The notes: generated by a model not told the origin, from the letters alone. 64,000 nt of DNA from Candidatus Bathyarchaeota archaeon (GCA_963768425.1 CAVYHV010000010.1:115193-179192), one strand, 5' to 3'; positions 1-9,897 are shown, counted from the stretch's first letter. Numbers and translations are program-made.

Positions 1-1
1 A

Positions 2-151
2 GCAGTCGCGGTTTTCGGTTTAGCTTCACAAGAAGCATTTGCAGCAGTCATAGGACCGTTAATAGAGGTGCCGGTTATGATAAGCTTAGTGAACGTGGCA
101 CTCTGGATAAGAAAGAAGTATTATGCAGATAAGGAGAATGAAGCTAGCTGA
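2..151 (+). CDS. acr3: ACR3-family arsenite efflux permease, 3' end (partial at window edge)
   Basis: Manual translation [41 protein letters not shown]...*; GPLIEVPVM is the ACR3 C-terminal signature; arsC and MIP genes nearby. Confidence 0.9.
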   Translation, partial: AVAVFGLASQEAFAAVIGPLIEVPVMISLVNVALWIRKKYYADKENEAS

Positions 152-188
152 AGAAGGTAAGAGGAACCAAACTTCGGAGGCTCAAAAT

Positions 189-365
189 TTGAAAATATAC
201 GTAGGTCTAAAAGAAAAAACTAAGCCTGGAATATTTGAATCGGAAACAGAGCCAACCAAGGAGACTCACCCTCAATACGATATCATTTACGGTCCCTTCA
301 AATCAATAGAAGATGCCGAAAAATACACAAAAGCAATGGGTGAACTAGCCTGTGGTGACAGCTAA
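189..365 (+). CDS. Small hypothetical protein
   Basis: ORF track 123..365; TTG at 189 avoids overlap with acr3; globular-looking sequence (PTKETHPQYDIIYGPF). Confidence 0.5.
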   Translation: MKIYVGLKEKTKPGIFESETEPTKETHPQYDIIYGPFKSIEDAEKYTKAMGELACGDS

Positions 366-388
366 TTTTTTAGACATGGCGAGACTCG

Positions 389-674
389 ATGAGTGAGGAG
401 CAAATTAGAATAAGAAGCTGGGAAGAACTCGAGCGTTTAGTCAGTAGCGGTTTGCCGTAGCAGCTCAAAAATAAACTGTGCCATCTGCGCTTCCCCGACA
501 GTTATGGGCAGACCTGAGTTGATTCGCTCAAGATTGCCTAAAGCGAAGGATTATTTGGATCATCCTTTTGATGACCCTTCCGAAGTGGAGGGAACTGAAG
601 AAGAAAAACTTGAGGCTTTCCGTCGTACGAGAGATGAAATGAAAAAGTGAATAATCGAAAAGTTTAGTTCCTGA
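389..674 (+). pseudogene. Deleted, decayed duplicate of the hypothetical (3907..4236) + arsC (4308..) gene pair
   Basis: 389-445 encodes MSEEQIRIRSWEELERLVS (cf. MNEGHVRIRSWEEFKRLVS); 446-674 is closely similar to ~4550-4786 (CAICASPTVMGRPELIRSRLPKAKDYLDHPFDDPSEVEG...) with TGG->TGA at 648-650. Confidence 0.85.
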
Positions 675-711
675 GCGATTGTGCACTGTAAGAGAGTTCA
701 TTGCATCTTGC

Positions 712-2028
712 TCATGTAATTTTTTTGTGCCGAAACATTATTACTACTGCAGCGATAGCTATAACGACGATCACAACAGCTGCCAGGCAAATAATTTCCA
801 ATGTAGATATCATTGGCTGAGTTCCTTGCGAAGGTGTAGACTTTGTCAGTTGGTTACCAAAAGCGTAAACATAATGATCCCACGATCCCACATAAACGAC
901 CCCGTTCCAAACAGCAGGCGAAGAACTCACATGATTTCCAGTTGTGTACGTCCATATGTTTGCTCCACTGGACGCGTTTAGACAATAAACGTTTCCATCC
1001 CACCCTCCAAAGTAAACGTTGCCACCAGCCACTGCAGGAGAGGAATCAACCCCGTCTTGCGTGGCATAGTTCCAGATTTTCGCCCCGGTTAATGCATTGA
1101 GGCAATAAACGTTTTTGTCTGGGTTTGCCGACTCACCCGTTCCGATGTAAACGTACCCGTTTGCGACTGCAGGGGAAGAGTCAACCCAACTTAAAGTTGG
1201 ATAGCTCCATATTTTTGTTCCGCTTGTCGCGTTAAGGCAATAGACATTATCGTCTTCTGACCCGATGTAGAGGCGACCGTCAACTACTGCAGGTGAAGAC
1301 TGTATGACGTTCCCAGTGGTATAGCTCCAAATTTTCGCGCCAGATGAAGCGTCAAGACAATAAACGTTGCCATTTGAAGAGGCAACATAGATATGATCTC
1401 CAACGACTGCTGGTGAAGACTCCACAAGCCCACCCGTTGAATAATTCCATATTTCGGCGCCATTGGTCGCATCAAAACAGTAAACGTTACCATCCCATGA
1501 GCCCACATACACATAACCATTAGCAACTGAGGGACAAGACTCCACAGTATTTCCGGTTGTGAAATTCCAAACTTTTTCGCCTGTTAAAGCGTTCAGGCAA
1601 TACACGTTACGGTCATAACATCCAAAATAGAGGTAACCGTTGGCAACCGCCATTGAAGAACTAATTGCTGGACCCGCACCCTGAAACCCTCGGCTTGCAG
1701 TAGCGACAGTGAAATTCCATACTTCGGATCCATCTGATGCGTTGAGGCAGTAAGCGATTCCGCCGTCAGAACCAATGTAGAGGCGACCATCAACGATTGC
1801 AGGCGAAGCGCCAACTGGGCTGTTGGTCTTAAAGTTCCATAGTAAAGTGGCGTTAGTTGCAGTTGGTTTGCTGGTTGAGTAACCTGAATGAGTAAGGTCA
1901 TGGTGAAACAGCGGCCAATCAGCCGAAGAAGAATTAACAGATGCAAGTGCCGCTGGAAACAATACAAAACAGAAAAAGACTGATATCGTCAAAATAAAAA
2001 AGACCTGAACATAGTTAGACCTTTTCAT
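712..2028 (-). CDS. Secreted, membrane-anchored PQQ-like (BamB-type) beta-propeller protein
   Basis: Signal peptide, repeated SSPAV..G.VY.GS.D.NVYCLNA..G..IW blades, C-terminal TM plus basic tail. Confidence 0.9.
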   Translation of the reverse strand: MKRSNYVQVFFILTISVFFCFVLFPAALASVNSSSADWPLFHHDLTHSGYSTSKPTATNATLLWNFKTNSPVGASPAIVDGRLYIGSDGGIAYCLNASDGSEVWNFTVATASRGFQGAGPAISSSMAVANGYLYFGCYDRNVYCLNALTGEKVWNFTTGNTVESCPSVANGYVYVGSWDGNVYCFDATNGAEIWNYSTGGLVESSPAVVGDHIYVASSNGNVYCLDASSGAKIWSYTTGNVIQSSPAVVDGRLYIGSEDDNVYCLNATSGTKIWSYPTLSWVDSSPAVANGYVYIGTGESANPDKNVYCLNALTGAKIWNYATQDGVDSSPAVAGGNVYFGGWDGNVYCLNASSGANIWTYTTGNHVSSSPAVWNGVVYVGSWDHYVYAFGNQLTKSTPSQGTQPMISTLEIICLAAVVIVVIAIAAVVIMFRHKKIT

Positions 2029-2280
2029 TGTGACCGAACCTTACAAGCAAAATGCAATATAGTTATATTTATTTAATAATATATGCCAAAAAAAAGGAAA
2101 AGAGCAGGATAAATTCTCCTCCAGATGGACGAATCCCGTCGGATCGGTACAATTCCAAGGCAGGCAAAAAGATTGAGGCTAAGTGTAGGTAGTGTTCGCC
2201 CGAATATCAAGCGCAATACCTTAAACTCAAAAACCTATTTGTCCTGTTCTAAGTAATAAGTAGCGAGAGTATATATTATA

Positions 2281-2757
2281 TTGAGCAAGCCTTTTAAAAT
2301 CCCGAAAACAATACTGAATTACATGTCTTCTTCAGTTAAGAAAATGGTTGTGGAATGGAAAGGAAATTATCGCCTAGAGGGAAAGAACGAGAAAGGTCTT
2401 AAAGTAAATTTTGATGCGCCAAAAGAGCATGGCGGCGAAGAAACCGCTCTTTCTCCGATGGAGAACGTTTTAGCAAGCCTAGCCGCATGTAGCAGTTTTC
2501 ACGTTTTAACTATACTGAAGAAGAAACGACTAAACGTTACTGCGTACTCTGTGGAAGCTACAGCTGAAAGAAGAGAAGATCCACCGCCAAGAGTCTTCAC
2601 AAAAATCCACCTAAAGTATATCGTTAAAGGCACAAATATCACACCTGAAGCCGTGGATAGCGCAATCAAACTCTCAGAAGAGAAATACTGCTCTGTAGGT
2701 GGAATGCTTCAAAAAGCGTTGCCTATCACTTCATCTTTTGAAATTACAAATCAGTAA
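2281..2757 (+). CDS. OsmC/YhfA-family protein
   Basis: SPMENVLASLAAC and SEEKYCSV motifs; true start may be ATG 2323. Confidence 0.9.
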   Translation: MSKPFKIPKTILNYMSSSVKKMVVEWKGNYRLEGKNEKGLKVNFDAPKEHGGEETALSPMENVLASLAACSSFHVLTILKKKRLNVTAYSVEATAERREDPPPRVFTKIHLKYIVKGTNITPEAVDSAIKLSEEKYCSVGGMLQKALPITSSFEITNQ

Positions 2758-2884
2758 AAAACAACCCATTAGAAAACAATAAATCTAGCCGCAGAAAAAT
2801 AAGAAAAAAAAGGACAAAAAAACAAACAAAATTGAAAAATGAAGTAAAATGATGGCGCGTTGGTTTGATACAATGGAGATGTAA

Positions 2885-3601
2885 ATGTCGTTTAACCTAA
2901 GTAAAAACAACAATTTTTTTCATCTTTGTGAATTTCTTGGGTCAATGATTTTGACGATTGCCGCAATTTCGCCAGTCATTCTATTTAACAACGTCCTGGA
3001 AGCTGATATTGCCTTAACCGTCTTGGCAGATGCTATTGCTGTTGGTTTTGTTTTATTTGCTTTAATTGAGATTTTTTCGCCAATATGTACCGCTTTTTTT
3101 AATCCTGCTGTATCAATTGCATTTGCTGTTGATGGCAGATTGACTTGGAAACAGGCAGGAATTTACAGTGCAAACCAAATATTAGGAGGAATCGCAGGTC
3201 TCTTGATTTCCCAGTTAATGTTTTATAATAAAATTCCAAAACTATTCGCAATATCTGATATTTCTCGTTTAGGAGGAAGTGACGTTGCTGAGATTCTGGG
3301 CACCTTTGTTCTTGTGCTTGCCATTCTTTCTATGGTAGGGCAAAAATCAAATAAGACATCTTTCGTGGTTGGTTTTCTCGTTGGTGGTATGTTACTTGCA
3401 ACTTCTAGTACCATGTTTGCAAATCCTCAGGTTACCATTGCTAGAATGTTTACTTATTCTGCAGCAGGAATAGCACCTCTTGACGGCTTAATTTTTATTG
3501 CGATGCAAATAATTGGTGCTACTTTGGCTATTTTGGCGTGGAGAAGCCTGCGCCTTACATGTTTTGACTACAAGTGCGAAGAGGCGACAAAAGATGACTG
3601 A
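2885..3601 (+). CDS. MIP/aquaporin-family channel, probable arsenite channel (AqpS-like)
   Basis: Six TM segments, FNPAVS and FANPQVT loops, arsenic gene context. Confidence 0.85.
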   Translation: MSFNLSKNNNFFHLCEFLGSMILTIAAISPVILFNNVLEADIALTVLADAIAVGFVLFALIEIFSPICTAFFNPAVSIAFAVDGRLTWKQAGIYSANQILGGIAGLLISQLMFYNKIPKLFAISDISRLGGSDVAEILGTFVLVLAILSMVGQKSNKTSFVVGFLVGGMLLATSSTMFANPQVTIARMFTYSAAGIAPLDGLIFIAMQIIGATLAILAWRSLRLTCFDYKCEEATKDD

Positions 3602-3914
3602 AGAAACTTGGCATGAAATTTCCAGAAGCAAGATACATTGGTACCCAACGATAGATTATGAAAAATGCATCTCCTGCGGAAAATGCGTGGACTATTGCAA
3701 ACTCGGAACCTATGTGTTAGAAGAAAAAGAGGGGAAAAAGAAACCAGTTGTCAAAAAGCCTTACAATTGCGCGGTTCTATGCAATGGATGCGATGCAATA
3801 TGCCCCGCTGGAGCCATAACTCACCCATCGAAAAAAGAAATAAGAGAGCTAATTCGAGAAATAAGAAAATCCTCAAAACAACAACAAAATGAAAAAGTGC
3901 AAGTTCATGAATGA
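3594..3914 (+). CDS. 4Fe-4S dicluster ferredoxin
   Basis: WYPTIDYEKCISCGKCVDYC and CAVLCNGCDAICP motifs; ATG 3594 overlaps the aquaporin stop. Confidence 0.9.
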   Translation: MTEETWHEISRSKIHWYPTIDYEKCISCGKCVDYCKLGTYVLEEKEGKKKPVVKKPYNCAVLCNGCDAICPAGAITHPSKKEIRELIREIRKSSKQQQNEKVQVHE

Positions 3915-4236
3915 AGGCCATGTTAGAATCAGAAGTTGGGAAGAATTCAAGCGCTTAGTAAGCGAAAAGAAGCCAACCTCAATTGTGTATATTCTTGAAC
4001 AAAACGCCTTGTCACCTTACAAAGAACTAACCAGCCTAAGAATAATAATGCTACATGACAAACGATACTACATATTCTTAGACTTTCCCAAAGGCGAGGT
4101 GCTCAGAGAAACAGGAATTCCACTTCACAAAGACAAAAAAGGTATTTTAAACTTGGATGAAGACGAAGTCAAAGTCATCTTGAAGAAACAATTTGAGAAA
4201 GAGAAAATAGAAGTTTTTTCTTTCTGGACCACATGA
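3907..4236 (+). CDS. Hypothetical protein in arsenic operon
   Basis: Overlaps the ferredoxin stop; 5' end duplicated at 389-445. Confidence 0.7.
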   Translation: MNEGHVRIRSWEEFKRLVSEKKPTSIVYILEQNALSPYKELTSLRIIMLHDKRYYIFLDFPKGEVLRETGIPLHKDKKGILNLDEDEVKVILKKQFEKEKIEVFSFWTT

Positions 4237-4307
4237 AAGGTGAAAAATGGCCTTCTCTATAGAGAATATATTGACTATGTTTTTATACTTCAAGAGAATC
4301 GTTTGGA

Positions 4308-5228
4308 ATGAGTCTTATGGCTAAAACTAAAGTCTTATTTTTGTGCACTCATAATTCGGCTAGATCTCAGATAGCTGAAGGACTGCTTAGACACCTATAC
4401 GGCGATGAGTATGAGGTTTTTAGCGCTGGCACAAATCCCGCGCAAGTGAACCCCTTGGCCATCAAAGTTATGGCTGAGATAGGTGTAGATATTTCTGGGC
4501 AATATTCTAAAAACCTGGATGTTTTCAAAGACGTTGACATCGATGTAGTTGTTTCAGTCTGTCGTAGCGGATCAAGTTTACATTGTGAAATCTGTGCCTC
4601 ACCGATAGTTATGGGCAGACCTGAATTGATTCGCTCAAGATTGCCTAAAGCTAAAGATTATTTGGATCATCCTTTTGATGACCCTTCCGAAGTGGAGGGA
4701 ACTGAAGAAGAAAAACTTTCGGCTTTTCGTCGCACAAGGGATGAAATGAAAAAGTGGATTATCGAGAAGTTTGGTTACTTGAGCGAGCTTGCTTTGGAAA
4801 AAACCAAAGTCATTTTTCTATGCACAGGAAATTCGGCGCGAAGCCAAATGGCGGAAGCATTCCTAAGAAGATACGCAGGAAATAAATTTGAGGTTTACAG
4901 TGCTGGCTTTGAACCTCGACCGATCCACCCTTACACAGTTCAGGTGATGAGAGAACTTGGGTATGATCTAAGTGGTCAGTACTCAAAGGACTTGGCGCAG
5001 TATCTTGGGAAGGTACATTTTGGGATAGTTATAACGGTGTGTATAAAAGCGGAAGAGCAGTGCCCAACTATACCCGGAGTAGGCACAAGAATGTATTGGC
5101 CTTTCGAAGATCCCGCAGCGTTTCAAGGAACGGAAGAAGAAAAATTAGCTAAATTTCGAGAAATCCGAGACAAAATCAACGAAAAAACAAAAGCATGGCT
5201 GAAAGAAAGAGGCATCATAGAAAACTGA
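4308..5228 (+). CDS. arsC: Tandem two-domain arsenate reductase (LMW-PTP, thioredoxin type)
   Basis: Two P-loops (LFLCTHNSARSQ, IFLCTGNSARSQ), each followed by SAG and DP motifs. Confidence 0.9.
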   Translation: MSLMAKTKVLFLCTHNSARSQIAEGLLRHLYGDEYEVFSAGTNPAQVNPLAIKVMAEIGVDISGQYSKNLDVFKDVDIDVVVSVCRSGSSLHCEICASPIVMGRPELIRSRLPKAKDYLDHPFDDPSEVEGTEEEKLSAFRRTRDEMKKWIIEKFGYLSELALEKTKVIFLCTGNSARSQMAEAFLRRYAGNKFEVYSAGFEPRPIHPYTVQVMRELGYDLSGQYSKDLAQYLGKVHFGIVITVCIKAEEQCPTIPGVGTRMYWPFEDPAAFQGTEEEKLAKFREIRDKINEKTKAWLKERGIIEN

Positions 5229-5236
5229 TTGAGAGT

Positions 5237-6448
5237 TTATTGTTGGTCCAACCAGTTTCTGGAATTTACCACTGTTTTGCCTGCGAACTTTAATGTCAGT
5301 GCCCCTTCATAGGGACATTCTTCAACGCATCGTGCACAAAGTATACATCTAGATTCAGTTACATTGCCACCTTTCTTCTCATACACGGCTGTGGCTTGAG
5401 TTGGACAAACACGTTTACAAACTCCACACCTAGTACATTTTTGCTGGTTTTTGTTCAGACGCGTCATGGCTATTTGTTTGAAAGGTGTGAAAGTGCTGAA
5501 TAATGCAGTTAAACCACCAAGTGGGCAAATTCTGCACCAGAACCGCCTGTAGGCCAAGGCTAAAATCGTGACGACACCTAAGACAGCTAAATTTATGGAT
5601 GTAACGTAAAAGCCTGTTATCCATAAAGGTCCAGAGGCTATTTTTGAGATGTATGAAAACTTCATTTCGCCCAACGCACATTCAACTAATATACAAAGAG
5701 GTCTCATTGGACAAACTAAACAAAAAGGTTGCTCGAGGTTGCCGACATTGCCTGCCTGTCCTGTGGGTCCCGCGGGTGTGGTACCTGGAACAAGCTGGGT
5801 ACCTAAAATGGCGTACGAGCCAAAAATAACGCTAAGGACTAAAATAACCGCGATAATGATATACCGTGATTGTGAAATCGCTCCATTTGTTTTTTCAGAA
5901 AAATGCAAATGCCGCAACCGCGCCGTTTTGCGAATTCGAGTTAGCACATCCATATAAAAGCCGAAAGGACAGAGCCAACCGCAGAAAAACCTTCCCAAAA
6001 TTATGGACGCGATTACCAGCAAAATTATAACTATGCCTATCCTTTCCAAACCGGAAGTAGAGTATATTGCCTCATAACCATTTGAAAAGTTCCAATATGG
6101 GAAAATGTAAGCTTGAAGTTGCCAGAGAGCACAAGTAACTGTCCGCCCATTGGAGTAATAACATGCTAAAACAGGAACAGAGAAACCATCCGGAAACTGG
6201 TTCTTCAAAAAACTGGCGCCGAGTAACAGACTGCGTGGTGAAGGTCCGATCGGCCACCATAATGGTGTGTCGAATGGACCCAATATGAGTCCCATAAATA
6301 TTGCAATGACAAAGTTTATTTGAATGAAAAGTCGTAACGAGCTAACTTTGGTTTTGTTTTTGGATAGTTTAAGGATAAGATAGATTCCAACAAGTATTAT
6401 TGCAGCAAATACGGGCAATGCGATGTTACTGGGGAGTTCCCAAGTCAT
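5237..6448 (-). CDS. Membrane 4Fe-4S binding protein (NapH/CcoG-like)
   Basis: GRFFCGWLCPFG, RFWCRICPLG and C-terminal dicluster CxxCxxCxxxCP motifs. Confidence 0.9.
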   Translation of the reverse strand: MTWELPSNIALPVFAAIILVGIYLILKLSKNKTKVSSLRLFIQINFVIAIFMGLILGPFDTPLWWPIGPSPRSLLLGASFLKNQFPDGFSVPVLACYYSNGRTVTCALWQLQAYIFPYWNFSNGYEAIYSTSGLERIGIVIILLVIASIILGRFFCGWLCPFGFYMDVLTRIRKTARLRHLHFSEKTNGAISQSRYIIIAVILVLSVIFGSYAILGTQLVPGTTPAGPTGQAGNVGNLEQPFCLVCPMRPLCILVECALGEMKFSYISKIASGPLWITGFYVTSINLAVLGVVTILALAYRRFWCRICPLGGLTALFSTFTPFKQIAMTRLNKNQQKCTRCGVCKRVCPTQATAVYEKKGGNVTESRCILCARCVEECPYEGALTLKFAGKTVVNSRNWLDQQ

Positions 6449-6473
6449 CTTTGTGTTTCTTCCAATTCTTTAT

Positions 6474-7718
6474 TTAATGCTCAATCTTCGCAATCAGCTT
6501 AAACTCTTTCAGCGACAGTTCTTTGCCTTTCAGTTTAACCAAGACAGCAACAACTACCACTATGGTTAGTGCAGTTGCTAATACGATCACTACTGAATGC
6601 TGCTGATATAGGGGCAAGTTTGAATTCGACTCACCGTTTCCATCCGCACCAACAAATGCAGTGGCAGTTGCTGATGGCGTTAAGGTAGGTATTTGTGTTG
6701 ACGTTTGATGAATTGATGCCGGCGACTTACTGAGAATCGGATCCACATTTATCACCGAGACCGATGCGCTGTTTAAATTTGTAACATAGACATATGCGCT
6801 GTTTGGCGCCACAGCCACACCGTACGGAGCACTGCCAACAGTCAGTATCTTCGTTACCTTGTTGGTGGCTGTGCTAATCACAGAGACATTACCGCTGCCG
6901 TCATTTGCGACGTATGCATAGGCTCCGGTGGGCGTTACAGCCACACCTAAAGGCTCCCTTAAACCACCTATCCTCGCGGTCACCGCGTTTGTAGTCGTGT
7001 TTATCACCGACACTGAACCGCTGCCAGAATTTGCTACATATGCATAGCAGCCATTGGGAGTTACAGCCACACCAAAAGGACCACTCTCAACATCTACTGT
7101 CGTCGTGACTTTGTTTGTAGCCGTATTTATTACCGAAACCGTAGCTGCGCCAAAATTTGTAACATAGACATATTCGTTGTCCGGCGTTATAGCCAAACTT
7201 TGAGGATTGCTTCCAACGGTTATCGTCGCCACCACAGTATTCGAAGATGTGCGTATCAGCGACACTGAATTGCTGCCAAAATTTGTAACATAGGCGTATG
7301 CGCCGTTAGGCGTTACAGCCACACCAAAAGGACCGTTTCCAACAGTTATTGTCTTCGTCACTTTGTTGGTAGCCGTGCTTATAACGGAAACCGAACCACT
7401 GCCCCCATTTGTCACGTAAGCATAGTTGCCGTTAGGCGTTACAGCCACACCAAAAGGACCATTCCTATCGGCTATCGTCGCCATAACTTTGTTTGTTGCC
7501 GTGTTAATAACCGAAACCGAACCGCCGCCATTTGTAACATATGCATAATCGCCATTAGGGGTTAAAGCCACATCAAAAGGCTCATTTAAACCGATTACCG
7601 TCGTTGTTACCACCCGTGCCCGAACTGGTTGAGGCAATAATGCAAAAGCACAGAACAAGAAGAAGAGAACGAGTAGAACACAGCCAACTCTCAAAGTCTT
7701 TGTCGTCTCATGCTTCAT
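6474..7718 (-). CDS. Secreted YVTN/YncE beta-propeller, membrane anchored
   Basis: Seven P.GVAVTPNG.YAYVTN..S.SVSVI repeats, signal peptide, C-terminal TM. Confidence 0.92.
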   Translation of the reverse strand: MKHETTKTLRVGCVLLVLFFLFCAFALLPQPVRARVVTTTVIGLNEPFDVALTPNGDYAYVTNGGGSVSVINTATNKVMATIADRNGPFGVAVTPNGNYAYVTNGGSGSVSVISTATNKVTKTITVGNGPFGVAVTPNGAYAYVTNFGSNSVSLIRTSSNTVVATITVGSNPQSLAITPDNEYVYVTNFGAATVSVINTATNKVTTTVDVESGPFGVAVTPNGCYAYVANSGSGSVSVINTTTNAVTARIGGLREPLGVAVTPTGAYAYVANDGSGNVSVISTATNKVTKILTVGSAPYGVAVAPNSAYVYVTNLNSASVSVINVDPILSKSPASIHQTSTQIPTLTPSATATAFVGADGNGESNSNLPLYQQHSVVIVLATALTIVVVVAVLVKLKGKELSLKEFKLIAKIEH

Positions 7719-7734
7719 TCTTTCTTCTCACCAA

Positions 7735-7857
7735 TCAAACCCTTTTTGCAAGACAAGTGGGTATGAAAAAGTTCTTGCAGTTAGCTTTGCCAAAAGAAAT
7801 CAAAACTGCGTTAGAAAGAGAAATAATGCAAACAGTTGCTAGGACAGGTTTTTTCAT
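7735..7857 (-). pseudogene. Short signal-peptide-like ORF or remnant (MKKPVLATVCIISLSNAVLISFGKAN...)
   Basis: Manual translation, 40 aa; lies ~30 bp downstream of a promoter motif shared with surface-protein genes at 57.4 and 63.8 kb. Confidence 0.4.
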
Positions 7858-8154
7858 GGGTTTTCCAATTTGCTATAAGATTACTAAAGGAATAAAAGAT
7901 TATTCGTCAACGTTTCTTGACTAAACAAAACTTTTCTTAAGTCAAGATTTCTTGACTGCCCATTCACTCTGCTGCTCCCAACTACCCCTGGCTCCTCGCT
8001 CAATACCAGCCTCTTTACTCCTAACCTAATTGACAGAGGATTTGAGTTGACCCGAACCAAAAAAAAGTTCAATATGTGAAAAAATGTTGTAGCTTCTGGC
8101 AGTCACATATCGTTATTAGCTTATGATTAGTTTAGGGAATTATAGGTAAATATC

Positions 8155-8451
8155 ATGCAGTTTCTTGTAACATTTACTGTGAGAGAGTCAATCCTGTTGT
8201 CTGAAATAGCCAGTGTGCAAAACCGGGTTGGAGACACGGTACAAAAAATACTGAAAACAGGAAAAGTCAAAGAATCAGGACTCCTTATTGATGACCGAAA
8301 AGGGTTCTTTATAATCGAATCGGATTCCGCCGAAGAACTTTGGACCTGGTTAGCTCCTTTCTACGACGTTGCGAAACTAGACATACAGCCAATAGTATCC
8401 TTTGAGAGTCTGCCAAAAATCTTTGACGAACTACAAAAACTTCACTACTAG
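8155..8451 (+). CDS. Small dimeric alpha/beta-barrel protein (muconolactone isomerase/DUF3303-like)
   Basis: Size and pattern G.....RKGFFIIESDSAEEL...P.......IQPI. Confidence 0.6.
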   Translation: MQFLVTFTVRESILLSEIASVQNRVGDTVQKILKTGKVKESGLLIDDRKGFFIIESDSAEELWTWLAPFYDVAKLDIQPIVSFESLPKIFDELQKLHY

Positions 8452-8530
8452 TAGCAAATCACAGAATAGTAATATCGCAGAAAAGTATAGATAGAGAACG
8501 AAATCATAGTAGGAAGGAAGCAACAGAGCC

Positions 8531-8923
8531 ATGGGTACGTTCCTGAGTAAAGAAAAGATTAAGATGCCTTCCTTTAGCTCAAAGTGGTTTGTAGGCGCCT
8601 TTGCGTTTTTAGTTGTTGTCGAGTTTTTGGATGGTTTGACAACTAAGATTGGCTTGGATTTAGGGCTTTTTGAAGTTGGAACGTATGCAAAGGTAATTTT
8701 AGGTAGCTATGGTTTTTGGGGTTTGATGGTCTGGAAATACAGCATTGTGGCTGCTGTCGGGGCGTTGCTTTTCTTTTTCTATATTGCAGTGAAGAAGTAT
8801 GCTCCAACACGGTTGAGGTACGTAAATATCATTCTAACTGTTGGCTGTTTAACGGCAGCTTTGGGTTCACTTCAGGTTGTGCTTAATAACATTGGGCAGA
8901 TTCTGCTTGCCCTGCATCCTTAA
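8531..8923 (+). CDS. Small membrane protein (DUF5658-like)
   Basis: Three TMs, LDGLTTKIGL..G..E pattern. Confidence 0.55.
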   Translation: MGTFLSKEKIKMPSFSSKWFVGAFAFLVVVEFLDGLTTKIGLDLGLFEVGTYAKVILGSYGFWGLMVWKYSIVAAVGALLFFFYIAVKKYAPTRLRYVNIILTVGCLTAALGSLQVVLNNIGQILLALHP

Positions 8924-9060
8924 CCGTCTTAACACTTCTTATTCAAAAGCCACGGAATCTTACGTTCAAATACATTGTCTTTTCCAACAATAGGTTATCT
9001 TTCACAAGCATCCCATGATCTGGTTAAAAAAATTCACAGTTTAGGTTGTAGAGATACGAA

Positions 9061-9897
9061 TCAGGTGTTGAGCATATCCGGCAGCTTGACTTCGGGATGA
9101 TGATACCTTTCATTATAAGAGACGATTTTGCCGCAGATTGCTTCTTGTGGGCACCAACTATAACAAGCAAGGCAAGTCTCGCAATGATGCTGCCAAACCG
9201 GTTTTTTGTCCAGTATCTTAATGTTATTGACTGGACAAACTCTTGAACATGTTCCACAGCCGTTGCAGTCCTTATTGGTTTGGAAGCTTTGGTCTGCCAA
9301 AGGTATGAGTTCTCTGAAGGATAGATGCAATGAAGAGTTTGAAAGCTTCCGGTACCTTCTATAAAACGCAGGTTTTATCAAGATAAACAATAGTGGCGCG
9401 AGGAATATTTTGCGCAAGGGTCCACGTGTTTCGAATTTGCCTTTTTTGCGGTCAGCGACAAATTCGCTGATGACTTCAAGTTTCTTTTTCTGGTTAATGG
9501 ACATTTTTTGTTGTTTTTCCACGTGAAGTTTCTTGTTGGTCATCTTCACTATGAACCCCGCAGCAAGTTCGCCGCCGCGAGATTTGATTGCCCTTCTCAG
9601 ATTCTCGATTGTGCTTCCAGGCATATCTCCACAAGTACAAACGGCAAAAATGTACTTTGAACCAATATTTGCCAGTTTGTCTACAAATCTGGTAACTATA
9701 AGCGGTAGCCCACAGTCGTTTGTTGCGTAAAAAACTGGAAAAACAATCCCAACCGCAGCAGCTGTGGGCTCTATGCTTTCTCTGTTTCCTACCGATTGCA
9801 TGGATATGAGGTGCCCGCTGGTTTTTTCCACTAAATCTTTTGCAATCATCAGTGAATTTCCTGTTCCAGAGAAATAATAGATTTCAGTTTCAGTCAT
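9061..9897 (-). CDS. EFR1-family flavodoxin-ferredoxin fusion
   Basis: YYFSGTGNS, GIVFPV and C-terminal CNGCGTCSRVCP / CETCLACYSWCP. Confidence 0.9.
   Translation of the reverse strand: MTETEIYYFSGTGNSLMIAKDLVEKTSGHLISMQSVGNRESIEPTAAAVGIVFPVFYATNDCGLPLIVTRFVDKLANIGSKYIFAVCTCGDMPGSTIENLRRAIKSRGGELAAGFIVKMTNKKLHVEKQQKMSINQKKKLEVISEFVADRKKGKFETRGPLRKIFLAPLLFILIKPAFYRRYRKLSNSSLHLSFRELIPLADQSFQTNKDCNGCGTCSRVCPVNNIKILDKKPVWQHHCETCLACYSWCPQEAICGKIVSYNERYHHPEVKLPDMLNT

Noticed and set aside
712-7718. Internal DNA repeats in the PQQ and YVTN genes as DGR or other repeat elements
   Set aside because: Explained by beta-propeller blade repeats; no reverse transcriptase in the window.
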